The notes: generated by a model not told the origin, from the letters alone. A stretch of DNA of 64,000 nucleotides from a virus (IMGVR_UViG_3300021437_000001:1-64000); one strand, 5' to 3'; positions 48,288 through 57,991 are shown, counted from the first letter of the stretch. Numbers and translations: made by a program.

Positions 48288-48881
48288 ATGGGATTTAAAA
48301 GAGAAAAACGTAATAGCGCAGCAAGGGAAGAACGAAGTGAAAAAAGCGAAAGATCGTCAACATCTCGAAGAGACCGTTCGGATCGTACTGAGCGTCGTAG
48401 CTCTCGCTCTAGCGGTGGCGATAAGCAGTACGCATTCACAAACATCGGATCTGTCAAGCAGGGAAGAAATCTGTCTGACAAAGACGCTGCCGAACTTAAA
48501 GGATGCGGAGAGTCCGTAAAAATTAAACTTTACATGCCAAATGTAGAGAAGCTAGTTCTTGCAAAAGATGCTGTTCTTGGGATTAACCTTGGCAAGCGTC
48601 AGTCAGATGAGAGCTATGTAATCGGACAAGCTGTACTTCCACTAGGCTCATTGACACCAACAAAAAAGACTGCCGATGATTTGGTTGATTTTCTTGGCGG
48701 TATGGGCGATGTAGCTGAGTATGACTTTGTTGCTCAAATTTATCTACCTAAAGGTATCGACACTGTGACACTCGAGCACGGTAAGATGATGCTTTTGACT
48801 TTTAAAACAGGCGAAAAAGCAGAAGAACTTGATTTCGTACTAGGAACTCTTTCTTTGGCAAACGACAACTCTGAGGAGTAA
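48288..48881 (+). CDS. Protein with RS-rich N-terminus and internally duplicated beta domain; SSB candidate
   Basis: AGGAGG RBS; immediately upstream of the primase; acidic C-terminus (NDNSEE). Confidence 0.45.
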   Translation: MGFKREKRNSAAREERSEKSERSSTSRRDRSDRTERRSSRSSGGDKQYAFTNIGSVKQGRNLSDKDAAELKGCGESVKIKLYMPNVEKLVLAKDAVLGINLGKRQSDESYVIGQAVLPLGSLTPTKKTADDLVDFLGGMGDVAEYDFVAQIYLPKGIDTVTLEHGKMMLLTFKTGEKAEELDFVLGTLSLANDNSEE

Positions 48882-48884
48882 ACA

Positions 48885-51107
48885 ATGCTCATTCGTGTTA
48901 CCCAGACCGTCCAAGATAAAGGACGGCTGGTAGCACCAGTAGAGCTTGACGCTATCGTTAGCCGCAACCGAGAGGTTGACTGGTACTACTCGCCTTTCTA
49001 TTACAGTGACGATGCTTTGGAGCATTTTAAAGATAAAGGAACCATATCTGGGTTCACTGGTGAGACTTGGACCGATACTTTGTATTGGGACTTGGACGCT
49101 GCTGACGATCTAGATAAAGTTCTAGGTGCCGCAGCACGTCTTGTTGCTAAGCTGGAAGAGTTCGGTCTCATAAAAGGGGTTGAAGTCTACTTCTCAGGCA
49201 ACAAAGGTGTTCATATACTTTTGCGAACTAAGAACAAGTTCTCTCCTACCGAGACTTCTCGCATCTGTTATAACCTAGCCGTTGAATCTGGCGCTGATTC
49301 TGTATTCGATACCGTCGTTTACAATCCTACCCGAATATTCCGAGTAGCTAATACTCGACATAAAAAGTCAGGTTTGTATAAAATTCAACTCAAACTCGAC
49401 GAACTTGGTGATGGAGATTTTAATGGCGATGCTGTTAGAAAATTAGCAGTTAAGCCTAGATTTGACGTCGAAGAGTCAGGCGCAAATGTAGAAGCTGACT
49501 TCTTGAAAGACAAGTATAAAGAGCGAGAGAAGACGACAGTAACGTCTTTTACTAAATTTGAAGGTGGCGGAACATCTGAGGATACCTCAAGTATTCAAGT
49601 ACCAGAAGGTATGCGCAGATCTAATTACCTTTTAGAATTGGGTCACTTTGGTAAAGGTGAACGCAACAGTGCTTTAATTAGAATTGCATCCTATGCCAAA
49701 TACAAAAAGGGCATGGATAAGGATCAAACTCGTCAATTGATCTACTTGGCCTTAGAGCGTAGAGCTAATTTAGGTTTAGGTGATAATAAGTGGGACGAAA
49801 AAGAAATTGAATCTACAGTATTAAATTTGGTCTTTTCAGATAAATGGCGTAAAGGTTATTTTTCGTGTGCGCCTGGAGCTGAAAAAGAAGATAAGTTTTT
49901 ACAGGACGCTTGCGACAAAGGTCCTGGATGTTGCATGTTGCAACCGAAAGCCCAAGTCGTAACTATGGGTATTGAAGCTCTAATTGAGCAATATAAAAAA
50001 TACGCAAAAGAGAGTCCTGAAGTTTATCCTAAGTTTGGAATTGGTTGGTTAGATAACTTAATCAGGCTACGTCCTAAGAACTATTCAATCATCAACGGTG
50101 CCAATGGTTCTGGGAAAACTTCTTTAGCGACTCAGTTAATTGATAATTTGAATAAGCAAAAGTTGTACCATGCCTTCTTTTCAGCAGATATGGCTGATTC
50201 GTCTCTATTTGAGAAATTAGGGGCTAAGTATACTCAATATGATCAATTTGAAATTGAACGAGCATTTCAAAATGTTGTAAAGAATACAGACCCAACTCAA
50301 CGAGACCATGACATCTTTGCTGAAGTCGTAAATAAGTTGAAGTCAGCTCTTCCTTATACAATTTTTGACTTTACTTCTTCATTAAAATCGGATCTAATTG
50401 AGAAGACGATTAGAGAAACTGAAGCAGCAATGCAGATAAAGTTTCACTTAGCGATCATAGATTATGCCGGTCGAATCTCTTCGGAGCATGAGTCAGCTTA
50501 TATGAATGCTACGCAGAACGCTTTAGATGCCAATACGATTGCTAAACGCTGCGATGTACACATGGTTTACATCTCTCAGATTTCTCGAGAGCAGGGAGAC
50601 CACATTAAACCGTTGAGAACTTCAAGGGTTTCTAAGGACTCTGGTGCATGGGAAGAGAATGCTACGGTTGTGCTGAATGTGTGGAGACCGTTAGGATTTG
50701 ATCCAGGTGTGGATAAGTACATTCACTTATTCCTTGGAAAAAACCGAGGCCCTGGTGTTTCTTCTGAGCATGTAATGTTTTGGGATGGTAAGGAAGGTTC
50801 TTTTAGGGAGTTGTCTGACGAGGAATTTGAACATTATAGACGTCTGTGCGATGAGTACAATGCGTCGCCAGATCGTCCAACGACTCATAAATTAATTGCC
50901 CCTCATAGAGAGGGCTTTGAATATAGAGACTCTGAAGACATAAAAGCTTCAAACTCTGCATTCGGAAGTAAACCAAAGAGAGAGCAAGACGATGAAAGTG
51001 ATGAGCAATATGAACGAAGAACAAGAGGCGAAAACTACTCCGAAGAAAGTAAGCAAAAAGGCTTACAAGCTTCTGAAAGACGCCGACAGTTTAGAACAGA
51101 TGCTTAA
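48885..51107 (+). CDS. AEP-type primase (primase-polymerase) fused to a DnaB/SF4-like helicase
   Basis: YWDLD, YFSGNKGVH, RIFR..NTRH.KSGLYK; PriCT-like GERN; Walker A GANGSGKT, IIDY, ISQISR, SGAWEE and KNR. Confidence 0.9.
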   Translation: MLIRVTQTVQDKGRLVAPVELDAIVSRNREVDWYYSPFYYSDDALEHFKDKGTISGFTGETWTDTLYWDLDAADDLDKVLGAAARLVAKLEEFGLIKGVEVYFSGNKGVHILLRTKNKFSPTETSRICYNLAVESGADSVFDTVVYNPTRIFRVANTRHKKSGLYKIQLKLDELGDGDFNGDAVRKLAVKPRFDVEESGANVEADFLKDKYKEREKTTVTSFTKFEGGGTSEDTSSIQVPEGMRRSNYLLELGHFGKGERNSALIRIASYAKYKKGMDKDQTRQLIYLALERRANLGLGDNKWDEKEIESTVLNLVFSDKWRKGYFSCAPGAEKEDKFLQDACDKGPGCCMLQPKAQVVTMGIEALIEQYKKYAKESPEVYPKFGIGWLDNLIRLRPKNYSIINGANGSGKTSLATQLIDNLNKQKLYHAFFSADMADSSLFEKLGAKYTQYDQFEIERAFQNVVKNTDPTQRDHDIFAEVVNKLKSALPYTIFDFTSSLKSDLIEKTIRETEAAMQIKFHLAIIDYAGRISSEHESAYMNATQNALDANTIAKRCDVHMVYISQISREQGDHIKPLRTSRVSKDSGAWEENATVVLNVWRPLGFDPGVDKYIHLFLGKNRGPGVSSEHVMFWDGKEGSFRELSDEEFEHYRRLCDEYNASPDRPTTHKLIAPHREGFEYRDSEDIKASNSAFGSKPKREQDDESDEQYERRTRGENYSEESKQKGLQASERRRQFRTDA

Positions 51108-53409
51108 TTATGCCCAGGGTCTTGAGTATGTCGCTTTCGACATCGAGACCAATGGGCGAGAAGAGCACAAGATTTCCACCATTGGAATAGCCATTTCTGG
51201 GCATTTCGATACTGGTTATTATGCTGCATTTTATGATTGGTCTCCTGTAACTAAGTCTTTAATACGTTTAATTCCAGAAGATGTAGAACGAGCTTTTGTA
51301 AAGAAGCTTTGCGATGTACTCCAAGATAAAAAATTAATAATGCACAATGCGGTGTTTGACGTAACTACAATTCGTCATCAATACGGTATCAATTTAACTG
51401 AATCTGTACACTGCGATACGATGTTATTAAAACATACCATCGACGAAGAACGCCCATTCGGTCTTAAGGATTTGGCAATTCTTTACAAAGAAGAGATAGG
51501 CATTCCTTCTGAGGACATGGCTAATCAAGAGCAGTTGGACCTTTCTGAGTCAGTAAAACGCAATGGCGGTAAATGGACCGACAAAGATAAAGAAATTTGG
51601 AAAGGTCAAGTTGATTTAGTAGGCTATTACGCTTGCGCTGACGTTGATTTGACTCTTCGCATGTTTGACTTTTTTGAAGATCAATTATACAAACAACGCT
51701 TAGATGAATTCTTTTACGATAAGGAAGTCATGCCGTTATTTCGTGAGGCCACTACTCAAATGAAATACAATGGTGTCTTTGTTGATGTTGCCTATTTTGA
51801 AAAATTAAAAAGTGAAATTCTTGAAGAATCCGCAAAACTTGAGGCAGCTATCTTTGAAGAAATTGAAGACGATATTCAAGAGTTTGTCCGTAAGCATGTA
51901 GATAAAGAGATTGATATTACTAAGACTGGACGCTTTGCCGCAGAGTTACTTGCACATTACGGATTGACTCCGCCAATCAATGTTAAGACTGGAAAAGTTA
52001 CAGTGGCTAGATCTTCTTTACAAGCATTGAGCTTGGAGTATCCTAATCATCAGGCTTTGAAATGGTTATTGTATGAACCTATTATGGCATGCCCTTATGA
52101 AGTTGACCCAGCCACCAATGCGGTCGTTAAAACAAAAGCAGTTCGAGTCTATTCAATTGATCCAGACGAACCTGAACTCGATGAAGAAGCCGTCTTTGAA
52201 ATCAAAAAGAAAATTTACATAGAAGCTAATCCAGAGCACCCTCGTATATTTAACTTAGCTTCTGGTGCGCATTTAGCATGGTTGATTTTTGATCAGTATG
52301 GCTGTGAACCCGCTGAGCTTTCTCGTAAAACTAAGAAACCAAAACTTGATGCTGATAATTTGGAAAAGTACGAGCATTTGACGTTTATTAAAAAGCTTCT
52401 TGAGATGAAGAAGCTCGATAAGATGATTTCAACTTATATTTCTCCAATTTTAGAAATGCAAGATGAAGGATGGATTTATCCTTCTATGTTACAATTTGGA
52501 ACTACTTCTGGACGTTACTCTTGCGGTGGAGGTTTGAATTTACAAACACTTCCTCGTGATGATAAGCGTATTAAGAAGGGGTTCATCGCACCTCCAGGAT
52601 ATAAGATTGTAAATGCCGACTTTAGCGCCCTAGAGCCTAGAATCTTTAGTTGGGTGTCTGAGGATGAGGGCCTTAAAGAAATTTGGCGCAAAGGCTTAGA
52701 TCTTTACTCACAAATTGCTATTGACGTGTTTGGACTTAAAGGCGTATCTGCAAACGAAAAAGATGCAAATTACCTAAAGAAGGTTCAACCAGAGTATCGT
52801 CAAAAAACAAAAGTGTTTACCCTTGCGGTGCCATACGGCGCTAACGCATGGAGAGTCGCTGCGCTTATGGGCGTGGAAGTCGATGAGGCTTCTGAGATTA
52901 TTGATTCTTATCTAGACAGTTATCCAATGCTCAAAGAGTATATGGCTAATTGTGAGCGTGCTGCCCAAAGAACTGGAATGGTTCGCACTAAGTTTGGACG
53001 TATTCGACATCTTCAAGGTGCGAAAGAATTACATAGAAAATATGGTACTCGCATTACAGATAAGCGGGCCATGAAAGCCAGATGCGGTGATGATCTTGGA
53101 AATGAACTGTATTATAAATATAGGAACTACCTTAATAATAGTAAGAATTTTCCAATTCAATCTACGGCGGCGAGCGTTTGTAATGCTGCAATGATCAAGT
53201 TGTCAAAGTTATTTAAAAAGCATAAAATTGATGGATGGCTTGCGCTTCAGGTGCATGACGAGATTACTTGTATTGTACGAGAAGACCAAGCAGAATTTGC
53301 TGCGGAACTTTTACAGGATTCCATGCAGAACAATGTAGTAACTGCGGCGATTGATATTCCAATTTTAGCTGAGCCTGTAATTGCAGACAATTTGGCAGAT
53401 TCAAAATGA
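50992..53409 (+). CDS. polA: Family A DNA polymerase with 3'-5' exonuclease
   Basis: FDIET, HNAVFD, DTML and YACAD (exo); TTSGRYS, NLQTLPR, ADFSALEPR, RQKTK....YG, NFPIQS and QVHDE. The start may be 51001 or 51010. Confidence 0.97.
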   Translation: MKVMSNMNEEQEAKTTPKKVSKKAYKLLKDADSLEQMLNYAQGLEYVAFDIETNGREEHKISTIGIAISGHFDTGYYAAFYDWSPVTKSLIRLIPEDVERAFVKKLCDVLQDKKLIMHNAVFDVTTIRHQYGINLTESVHCDTMLLKHTIDEERPFGLKDLAILYKEEIGIPSEDMANQEQLDLSESVKRNGGKWTDKDKEIWKGQVDLVGYYACADVDLTLRMFDFFEDQLYKQRLDEFFYDKEVMPLFREATTQMKYNGVFVDVAYFEKLKSEILEESAKLEAAIFEEIEDDIQEFVRKHVDKEIDITKTGRFAAELLAHYGLTPPINVKTGKVTVARSSLQALSLEYPNHQALKWLLYEPIMACPYEVDPATNAVVKTKAVRVYSIDPDEPELDEEAVFEIKKKIYIEANPEHPRIFNLASGAHLAWLIFDQYGCEPAELSRKTKKPKLDADNLEKYEHLTFIKKLLEMKKLDKMISTYISPILEMQDEGWIYPSMLQFGTTSGRYSCGGGLNLQTLPRDDKRIKKGFIAPPGYKIVNADFSALEPRIFSWVSEDEGLKEIWRKGLDLYSQIAIDVFGLKGVSANEKDANYLKKVQPEYRQKTKVFTLAVPYGANAWRVAALMGVEVDEASEIIDSYLDSYPMLKEYMANCERAAQRTGMVRTKFGRIRHLQGAKELHRKYGTRITDKRAMKARCGDDLGNELYYKYRNYLNNSKNFPIQSTAASVCNAAMIKLSKLFKKHKIDGWLALQVHDEITCIVREDQAEFAAELLQDSMQNNVVTAAIDIPILAEPVIADNLADSK

Positions 53410-53446
53410 TTAAAGCGAATTAAAACTTTCCAGAGGAGTCGAAGTA

Positions 53447-54748
53447 ATGAAAAAACAAACTAAAACTGCCAGAAAACCTAAAGAGATTATTAAACTCTTT
53501 TTGAAGAACATGAAACAGATTGCAAAAGAGTTAGACAAATCTCCACAAGAGGTCACTGCTACCCAATTTTGGGCAAACGTTTCGGAAGAACTTCCAGAAT
53601 GGGATGTCAGGAGAGTTGGCGGTTTTAAGAACTTACAAAATTTGTATTTTCCTAAACAAGAAGAGAGCATTGTAGTAAAGAAAACTGGTGACCTTCTTAA
53701 AGAACGAGTTAAGAAAGTTCAAGATGACTTAGGCACTCGTAGACTGATTGCAGAAGAGTTGGCTGCCAATCTACAAGAGATTGTTAAAACTATTGACTTT
53801 AAAGTACATAAACCATTAGCGAAAGCTAAAGGAAAGGGCAAACCTGCTGAACGAACTATCGTTGCGCATTTATCTGATACGCACTACGGATGCAACATAG
53901 ATAAATCTGAAATGGGTGGCTTGAATGAATACAATTGGCAGATTGCTGCTAGACGTTCGGCTTTATTTTTTCAACAAATTGTTAATTACAAGCCTCAACA
54001 TCGTGACCAAACTGAAGTTGTATTATTAGTGAATGGCGATATTATCGCAGGAGTTATCCACAATCAAGAATGGTTTGTGGATTTGCTAACTACGCAATTT
54101 GCTGGCACTCTAAACATTCTTTGCCAGGGAATTTCTTATTTGGCTCAGAACTTTAAAAAAGTACGAGTAGTTATGACACCTGGTAATCATGGTCGTTCGA
54201 TGCACAAAGCCAGCACAGACCGTGGCACGACACATAAATACGACTCTTACGAGACTCAAATTTTTATTGCGGTGCGTGAGGTTATGAAGGCGAAATGTGC
54301 CAATGTTGAAGTCGAAGTTCCTGATAGTCCATTTGCCATCTTTAAAGCGCAAGGGCATACCTATTTTGTTACGCATTCTGATACTGTCATCAATGTAGGA
54401 AATCCTGGCGCAGCCTTGAACATGAAGTCAATCAACAATCAGATCAACAAGCTAAATGCTTCTGAGCTTGGTGGAGATGCTAAATTTGACGCCGTTATCT
54501 GTGGACACATTCATACTCCTACACTTCAGCTTATGGAATCAGGATGTATGTTAGTTCTTAATGGCTGTTTGAGCGGCCTTGATCCTTATGCCTTATCTAT
54601 AGGTATTTTTGACTCTAATCCAACCCAGCAATTATTCGAAGCTACGGAAAAGCATGCTGTAGGAGACGTCAGATTTATACAAGTGAAGTCTGCTGATAAA
54701 GATGCTCAATTGGATAAGATCATCGAAACTCCTAAAAGGCCTTATTAA
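53447..54748 (+). CDS. Calcineurin-like metallophosphoesterase
   Basis: SDTHYG, NGDII, PGNHG, THSD and GHIH motifs. Confidence 0.9.
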   Translation: MKKQTKTARKPKEIIKLFLKNMKQIAKELDKSPQEVTATQFWANVSEELPEWDVRRVGGFKNLQNLYFPKQEESIVVKKTGDLLKERVKKVQDDLGTRRLIAEELAANLQEIVKTIDFKVHKPLAKAKGKGKPAERTIVAHLSDTHYGCNIDKSEMGGLNEYNWQIAARRSALFFQQIVNYKPQHRDQTEVVLLVNGDIIAGVIHNQEWFVDLLTTQFAGTLNILCQGISYLAQNFKKVRVVMTPGNHGRSMHKASTDRGTTHKYDSYETQIFIAVREVMKAKCANVEVEVPDSPFAIFKAQGHTYFVTHSDTVINVGNPGAALNMKSINNQINKLNASELGGDAKFDAVICGHIHTPTLQLMESGCMLVLNGCLSGLDPYALSIGIFDSNPTQQLFEATEKHAVGDVRFIQVKSADKDAQLDKIIETPKRPY

Positions 54749-55200
54749 TGAAAGGGGTTAGAAAGCAGTTCAGCAAAGCCTTACATGATGGTCATGATGA
54801 GAAGGCTCGTAATCAAGCCAAGGCTTTCTGGACTAAGCGAGGTTATCTTGTGAAGGATAATCCTAATACCAAAGGTGTTGACTTATTCTTATGCAATCCA
54901 GATACCGAAGAAATCATGGCCTATCTAGAAGTAGAAGTCAAAAACAACTGGAATAGTAAAGCGTTTCAATATGACACACTTCAAATTCCAGAGCGTAAAG
55001 CTAGATATTTTGTAGAGTATGGCGACAAAATAATTTACATGGTGTTCTCAAAAGACTTGACACAGGCCTTTATAGCCGATAGTCTTAGCTTTAAGAACGC
55101 TAAGTTAAAAGAAGTACCGAATAAGTTTGTTAGTAAAGGTGAGTATTTTTATCAAGTACCAGTTAAAGACTGTGACTTAGTATCAATGGAGGAAGCATGA
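54748..55200 (+). CDS. PD-(D/E)XK family nuclease
   Basis: GVDL...YLEVEVK motif. Confidence 0.7.
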   Translation: MKGVRKQFSKALHDGHDEKARNQAKAFWTKRGYLVKDNPNTKGVDLFLCNPDTEEIMAYLEVEVKNNWNSKAFQYDTLQIPERKARYFVEYGDKIIYMVFSKDLTQAFIADSLSFKNAKLKEVPNKFVSKGEYFYQVPVKDCDLVSMEEA

Positions 55201-55403
55201 CAGATTATGGTCAATTTTACGATAAAGATGGCAAGTTGTTGGACGATGATGTAACGCCAAAAAAAGAAAGATGCTCAAGTAAGAGTACGTCTTTAAAAAC
55301 GATTATACAGTATGCAAAAAAATTAAATTCATTAAGAAAAGCCGCCGCTAAAGATGGAGTTTGTCTAGATGAGTTAGAAGAAGCGGCAAAGGAGTTAGCA
55401 TGA
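55197..55403 (+). CDS. Hypothetical protein
   Basis: 68 aa; ATGA-coupled on both sides; GGAGG RBS. Confidence 0.65.
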   Translation: MTDYGQFYDKDGKLLDDDVTPKKERCSSKSTSLKTIIQYAKKLNSLRKAAAKDGVCLDELEEAAKELA

Positions 55404-56170
55404 AGATTGTAAGTTTTACAGGACCTAAAGGAAGCGGAAAAGATACATCGGCAGACATTCTCAAAGAGGAGAAGATTGCGTCAGGTAGTTTATCGTTCGC
55501 AGGACCTTTGAAAAAGATTTGTATGGAGGTGTTTAAACTCCATCACAATTACATGAATGATCCAATTTTAAAAGAAAAAGAACTCGAAGAACCCATCGTT
55601 CTTAAATCAGCTCATTTTCGCAAGATCAACTTGCTAATGACCGATTTCCTAGATCAGGACGAGTTCTTTTACAACCCTTACAAAGCTTCTATTGCTGGGC
55701 TTGAAGGCATGGTTATAACTACGCCTAGACAGCTTTTACAGGTAATAGGTACAGATTACATTCGCAATCGAATTCACCCAGACTGGCACCTTCAGGCGGC
55801 CTTTTCAAAGACCAGCCTAGCTAAAATGGATGAGAATGGCTTGTATTGTGTCACCGATGCAAGATTTCCTAATGAATATAGCTTCCTAGCCAATAAATTT
55901 GGCGAAGACTTTAAAGGATTCTATGTAGAGCGCCCAGAAGCAGAAGAAAAATTAGTTAATGGCGCACACGCATCTGAGATGAAAGTTCTAGAAGTCAAAG
56001 AATTAATCCCAACAGAAAACATTTTAAAGAATGACAAGACTGTTGACGACTTAAAGAAAAAGTTACTCGCCCTTAAGTTGGGCGATGCTCAACCCAAGAA
56101 GAAAGGACAGCAGACTGCAAGTAAGTTTAAATTTGCACAAGCTGGCAAAAGCGATGAAGGAGCCTTCTGA
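55400..56170 (+). CDS. Deoxynucleoside monophosphate kinase
   Basis: G..GSGKDT, SFAGPLK, TPRQLLQVIGTD, TDARFPNE and HASE. Confidence 0.93.
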   Translation: MKIVSFTGPKGSGKDTSADILKEEKIASGSLSFAGPLKKICMEVFKLHHNYMNDPILKEKELEEPIVLKSAHFRKINLLMTDFLDQDEFFYNPYKASIAGLEGMVITTPRQLLQVIGTDYIRNRIHPDWHLQAAFSKTSLAKMDENGLYCVTDARFPNEYSFLANKFGEDFKGFYVERPEAEEKLVNGAHASEMKVLEVKELIPTENILKNDKTVDDLKKKLLALKLGDAQPKKKGQQTASKFKFAQAGKSDEGAF

Positions 56171-56780
56171 TCTAGTAGAACCTAGCATTGAAGTAAAGGT
56201 CTCTAAACCAGACCTTCCTGTATTTGTTGAGTTCGAAACTAAATATAGAGTTGACGACCCAAAGATTCTCTGGGATTTTAAACATTTGGTTGAAAAACAA
56301 ATAGGTCGAAAAGACTTTATTTATATTCAATCAGATGACATCTATTATGTTAAAACAGCAGACGAATTCATACGTTACCGTTTTTCTGAAAGTGATAAAC
56401 GATCAGAATTAACTATTAAACGTAAAACAGGCACCGGAAATAACATTATCCGAGAAGAGACTAATTTAAGAGTTGATGGTAATTCATTTGATTTAGTTGA
56501 AAATTTTATAAAACAATTAGGTTTTACATTTAATTTTCGAATCAATAAGCAGTGTCATATTTACCACGGTGAAGAATGCACCCTTGTATTTTATTCAGTA
56601 CGAGACTTAGAAACTAATAAGCTTGCGCATTTTATTGAAATTGAAGTTACTGAGGGCGCTGGCTTTACAGAAGACGAATCTTGGGCTATTATTAAGAAGT
56701 ACGAAGGTTTACTAGCACCGTTAGGCGTAACTGCTCAAAAACGTTTGAGAAAATCTTTGTTTGAAATGTATCGGAGATAG
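56154..56780 (+). CDS. CYTH-domain protein (class IV adenylate cyclase / triphosphate tunnel enzyme family)
   Basis: EFETKY (ExExK), DIYY, FIRYR, LTIK, REE, LGF, K and FIEIEV. Confidence 0.85.
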   Translation: MKEPSDLVEPSIEVKVSKPDLPVFVEFETKYRVDDPKILWDFKHLVEKQIGRKDFIYIQSDDIYYVKTADEFIRYRFSESDKRSELTIKRKTGTGNNIIREETNLRVDGNSFDLVENFIKQLGFTFNFRINKQCHIYHGEECTLVFYSVRDLETNKLAHFIEIEVTEGAGFTEDESWAIIKKYEGLLAPLGVTAQKRLRKSLFEMYRR

Positions 56781-56781
56781 T

Positions 56782-56934
56782 GTGAGTGTAATAGAGACAG
56801 CTTTAATATTTTGCGCCGTGTTTCCATTTAGCTTAGTAGCTATTGGGGTAATTGCGCTTTTGAGAAAACGTAAAAAATCTAATTTAGTTCTTGTAGAACA
56901 AAAGGATGAAAATGGGAATAATTCAAAAAATTAA
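56782..56934 (+). CDS. 50-aa single-TM membrane protein (absent from the ORF track)
   Basis: GTG start after GGAG; MSVIETALIFCAVFPFSLVAIGVIALLRKRKK... Confidence 0.65.
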   Translation: MSVIETALIFCAVFPFSLVAIGVIALLRKRKKSNLVLVEQKDENGNNSKN

Positions 56935-57256
56935 AGATCTTTTTAAGATCAGCGCAGAACGTGGCATGTATTTGCCTTTAGCTTATGATGCTTCAAAAAA
57001 AGGTCCTAGCATTACTTTATTGACTTTTTATATTGCTATGGTGTTGTCTTCATTATCACTTATAGCTTTTCACTTTTTGCCAGAGAAATTGTTGCAACCA
57101 AGTCTACTTACTTTGATGTTTCTAGCCATGAGTTTTGTATTTTATCGTATGCGAAACTTAGACAAGATCAAACTAGATTTAGACGATAAAAGTATTGAGT
57201 TAGAAGGTAACAACAAAGAAGAGGAATCTTCAACAACTAAAAAGGAGAAGGAATGA
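56906..57256 (+). CDS. Two-TM membrane protein, holin-like
   Basis: Two hydrophobic helices and a highly charged C-terminal tail; the start is 56906 or 56912. Confidence 0.55.
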   Translation: MKMGIIQKIKDLFKISAERGMYLPLAYDASKKGPSITLLTFYIAMVLSSLSLIAFHFLPEKLLQPSLLTLMFLAMSFVFYRMRNLDKIKLDLDDKSIELEGNNKEEESSTTKKEKE

Positions 57257-57579
57257 AAAATCTAATTTTAGCAGCTATTGTAGGTGCTGCGCTGGCGTCA
57301 GGAGCTTTGCTCGGTCAAGCTAAACTTGCAGATAAGGCTTTGAACGAAGTGCAGGAAGCTTATAGCGGAGCAAACGGCGAAGAGCCTATTTGTCTAGCAC
57401 AGGAAGATGGCGGAGAAGCGTACATTATCCTAAATGCTGATAAAGAAGCAAAAACATACAGCGGTATTCGAGTCTTGGTGATGCTACAAGTTCCTTTTCA
57501 AGTATCAGCTAGAGCCTTGAATCAACGTCCAGATCTTAAGCAAGTTGATTGCCGAACTGGTCAACCACTAGGAAAATAA
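57253..57579 (+). CDS. Secreted/periplasmic protein
   Basis: MKNLILAAIVGAALASGA signal peptide; two Cys. Confidence 0.65.
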   Translation: MKNLILAAIVGAALASGALLGQAKLADKALNEVQEAYSGANGEEPICLAQEDGGEAYIILNADKEAKTYSGIRVLVMLQVPFQVSARALNQRPDLKQVDCRTGQPLGK

Positions 57580-57580
57580 T

Positions 57581-57991
57581 ATGAACTATAAAATCATAGG
57601 TATTTATACCTTGGTTATTATTGCTTTGTCAGTAGCCGCTACTAAGCGGCTTTGGCCTACTATTGATACTCAAGTCAAAGTAGAAGAAAAGGAAATAATC
57701 AAAAAAGATATTCAAACGGTAATTAAAGAGCGCATCAAACCGGATGGTACTAAAGAAATTGAGACTGTTATTGTGGACCATACTAAAGAAGCGTCTACAA
57801 AAACTTTAGAGCAGGTGGTAACCAAGAAAAATGATTGGTATGTAGCTGCTGGCGCAGAGGCGCAACTTAGTAAGTTGAATGAGCCAAGTTACAAACTAGA
57901 AGTCAATCGTCGAATTATTGGCGATGTTTTTGTTGGAGCTACAGTCAACACTCAAGGTGCTTTCGGTTTGCAGGTGGGCTTTCAATTTTAA
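57581..57991 (+). CDS. Membrane-anchored protein with C-terminal amphipathic beta strands (spanin-like)
   Basis: N-terminal TM helix; the sequence ends ...GAFGLQVGFQF. Confidence 0.55.
   Translation: MNYKIIGIYTLVIIALSVAATKRLWPTIDTQVKVEEKEIIKKDIQTVIKERIKPDGTKEIETVIVDHTKEASTKTLEQVVTKKNDWYVAAGAEAQLSKLNEPSYKLEVNRRIIGDVFVGATVNTQGAFGLQVGFQF

Noticed and set aside
50944-51107. Frameshift fusion of primase-helicase and PolA across a ~100-bp overlap
   Set aside because: No recognisable shift signal; the overlap covers two disordered termini, and overlaps are common in this genome.
56906-56914. Lambda S-like Met-Lys-Met dual start
   Set aside because: The AAGGA SD overlaps the first ATG and is spaced properly only for the second, so evidence for two products is weak.
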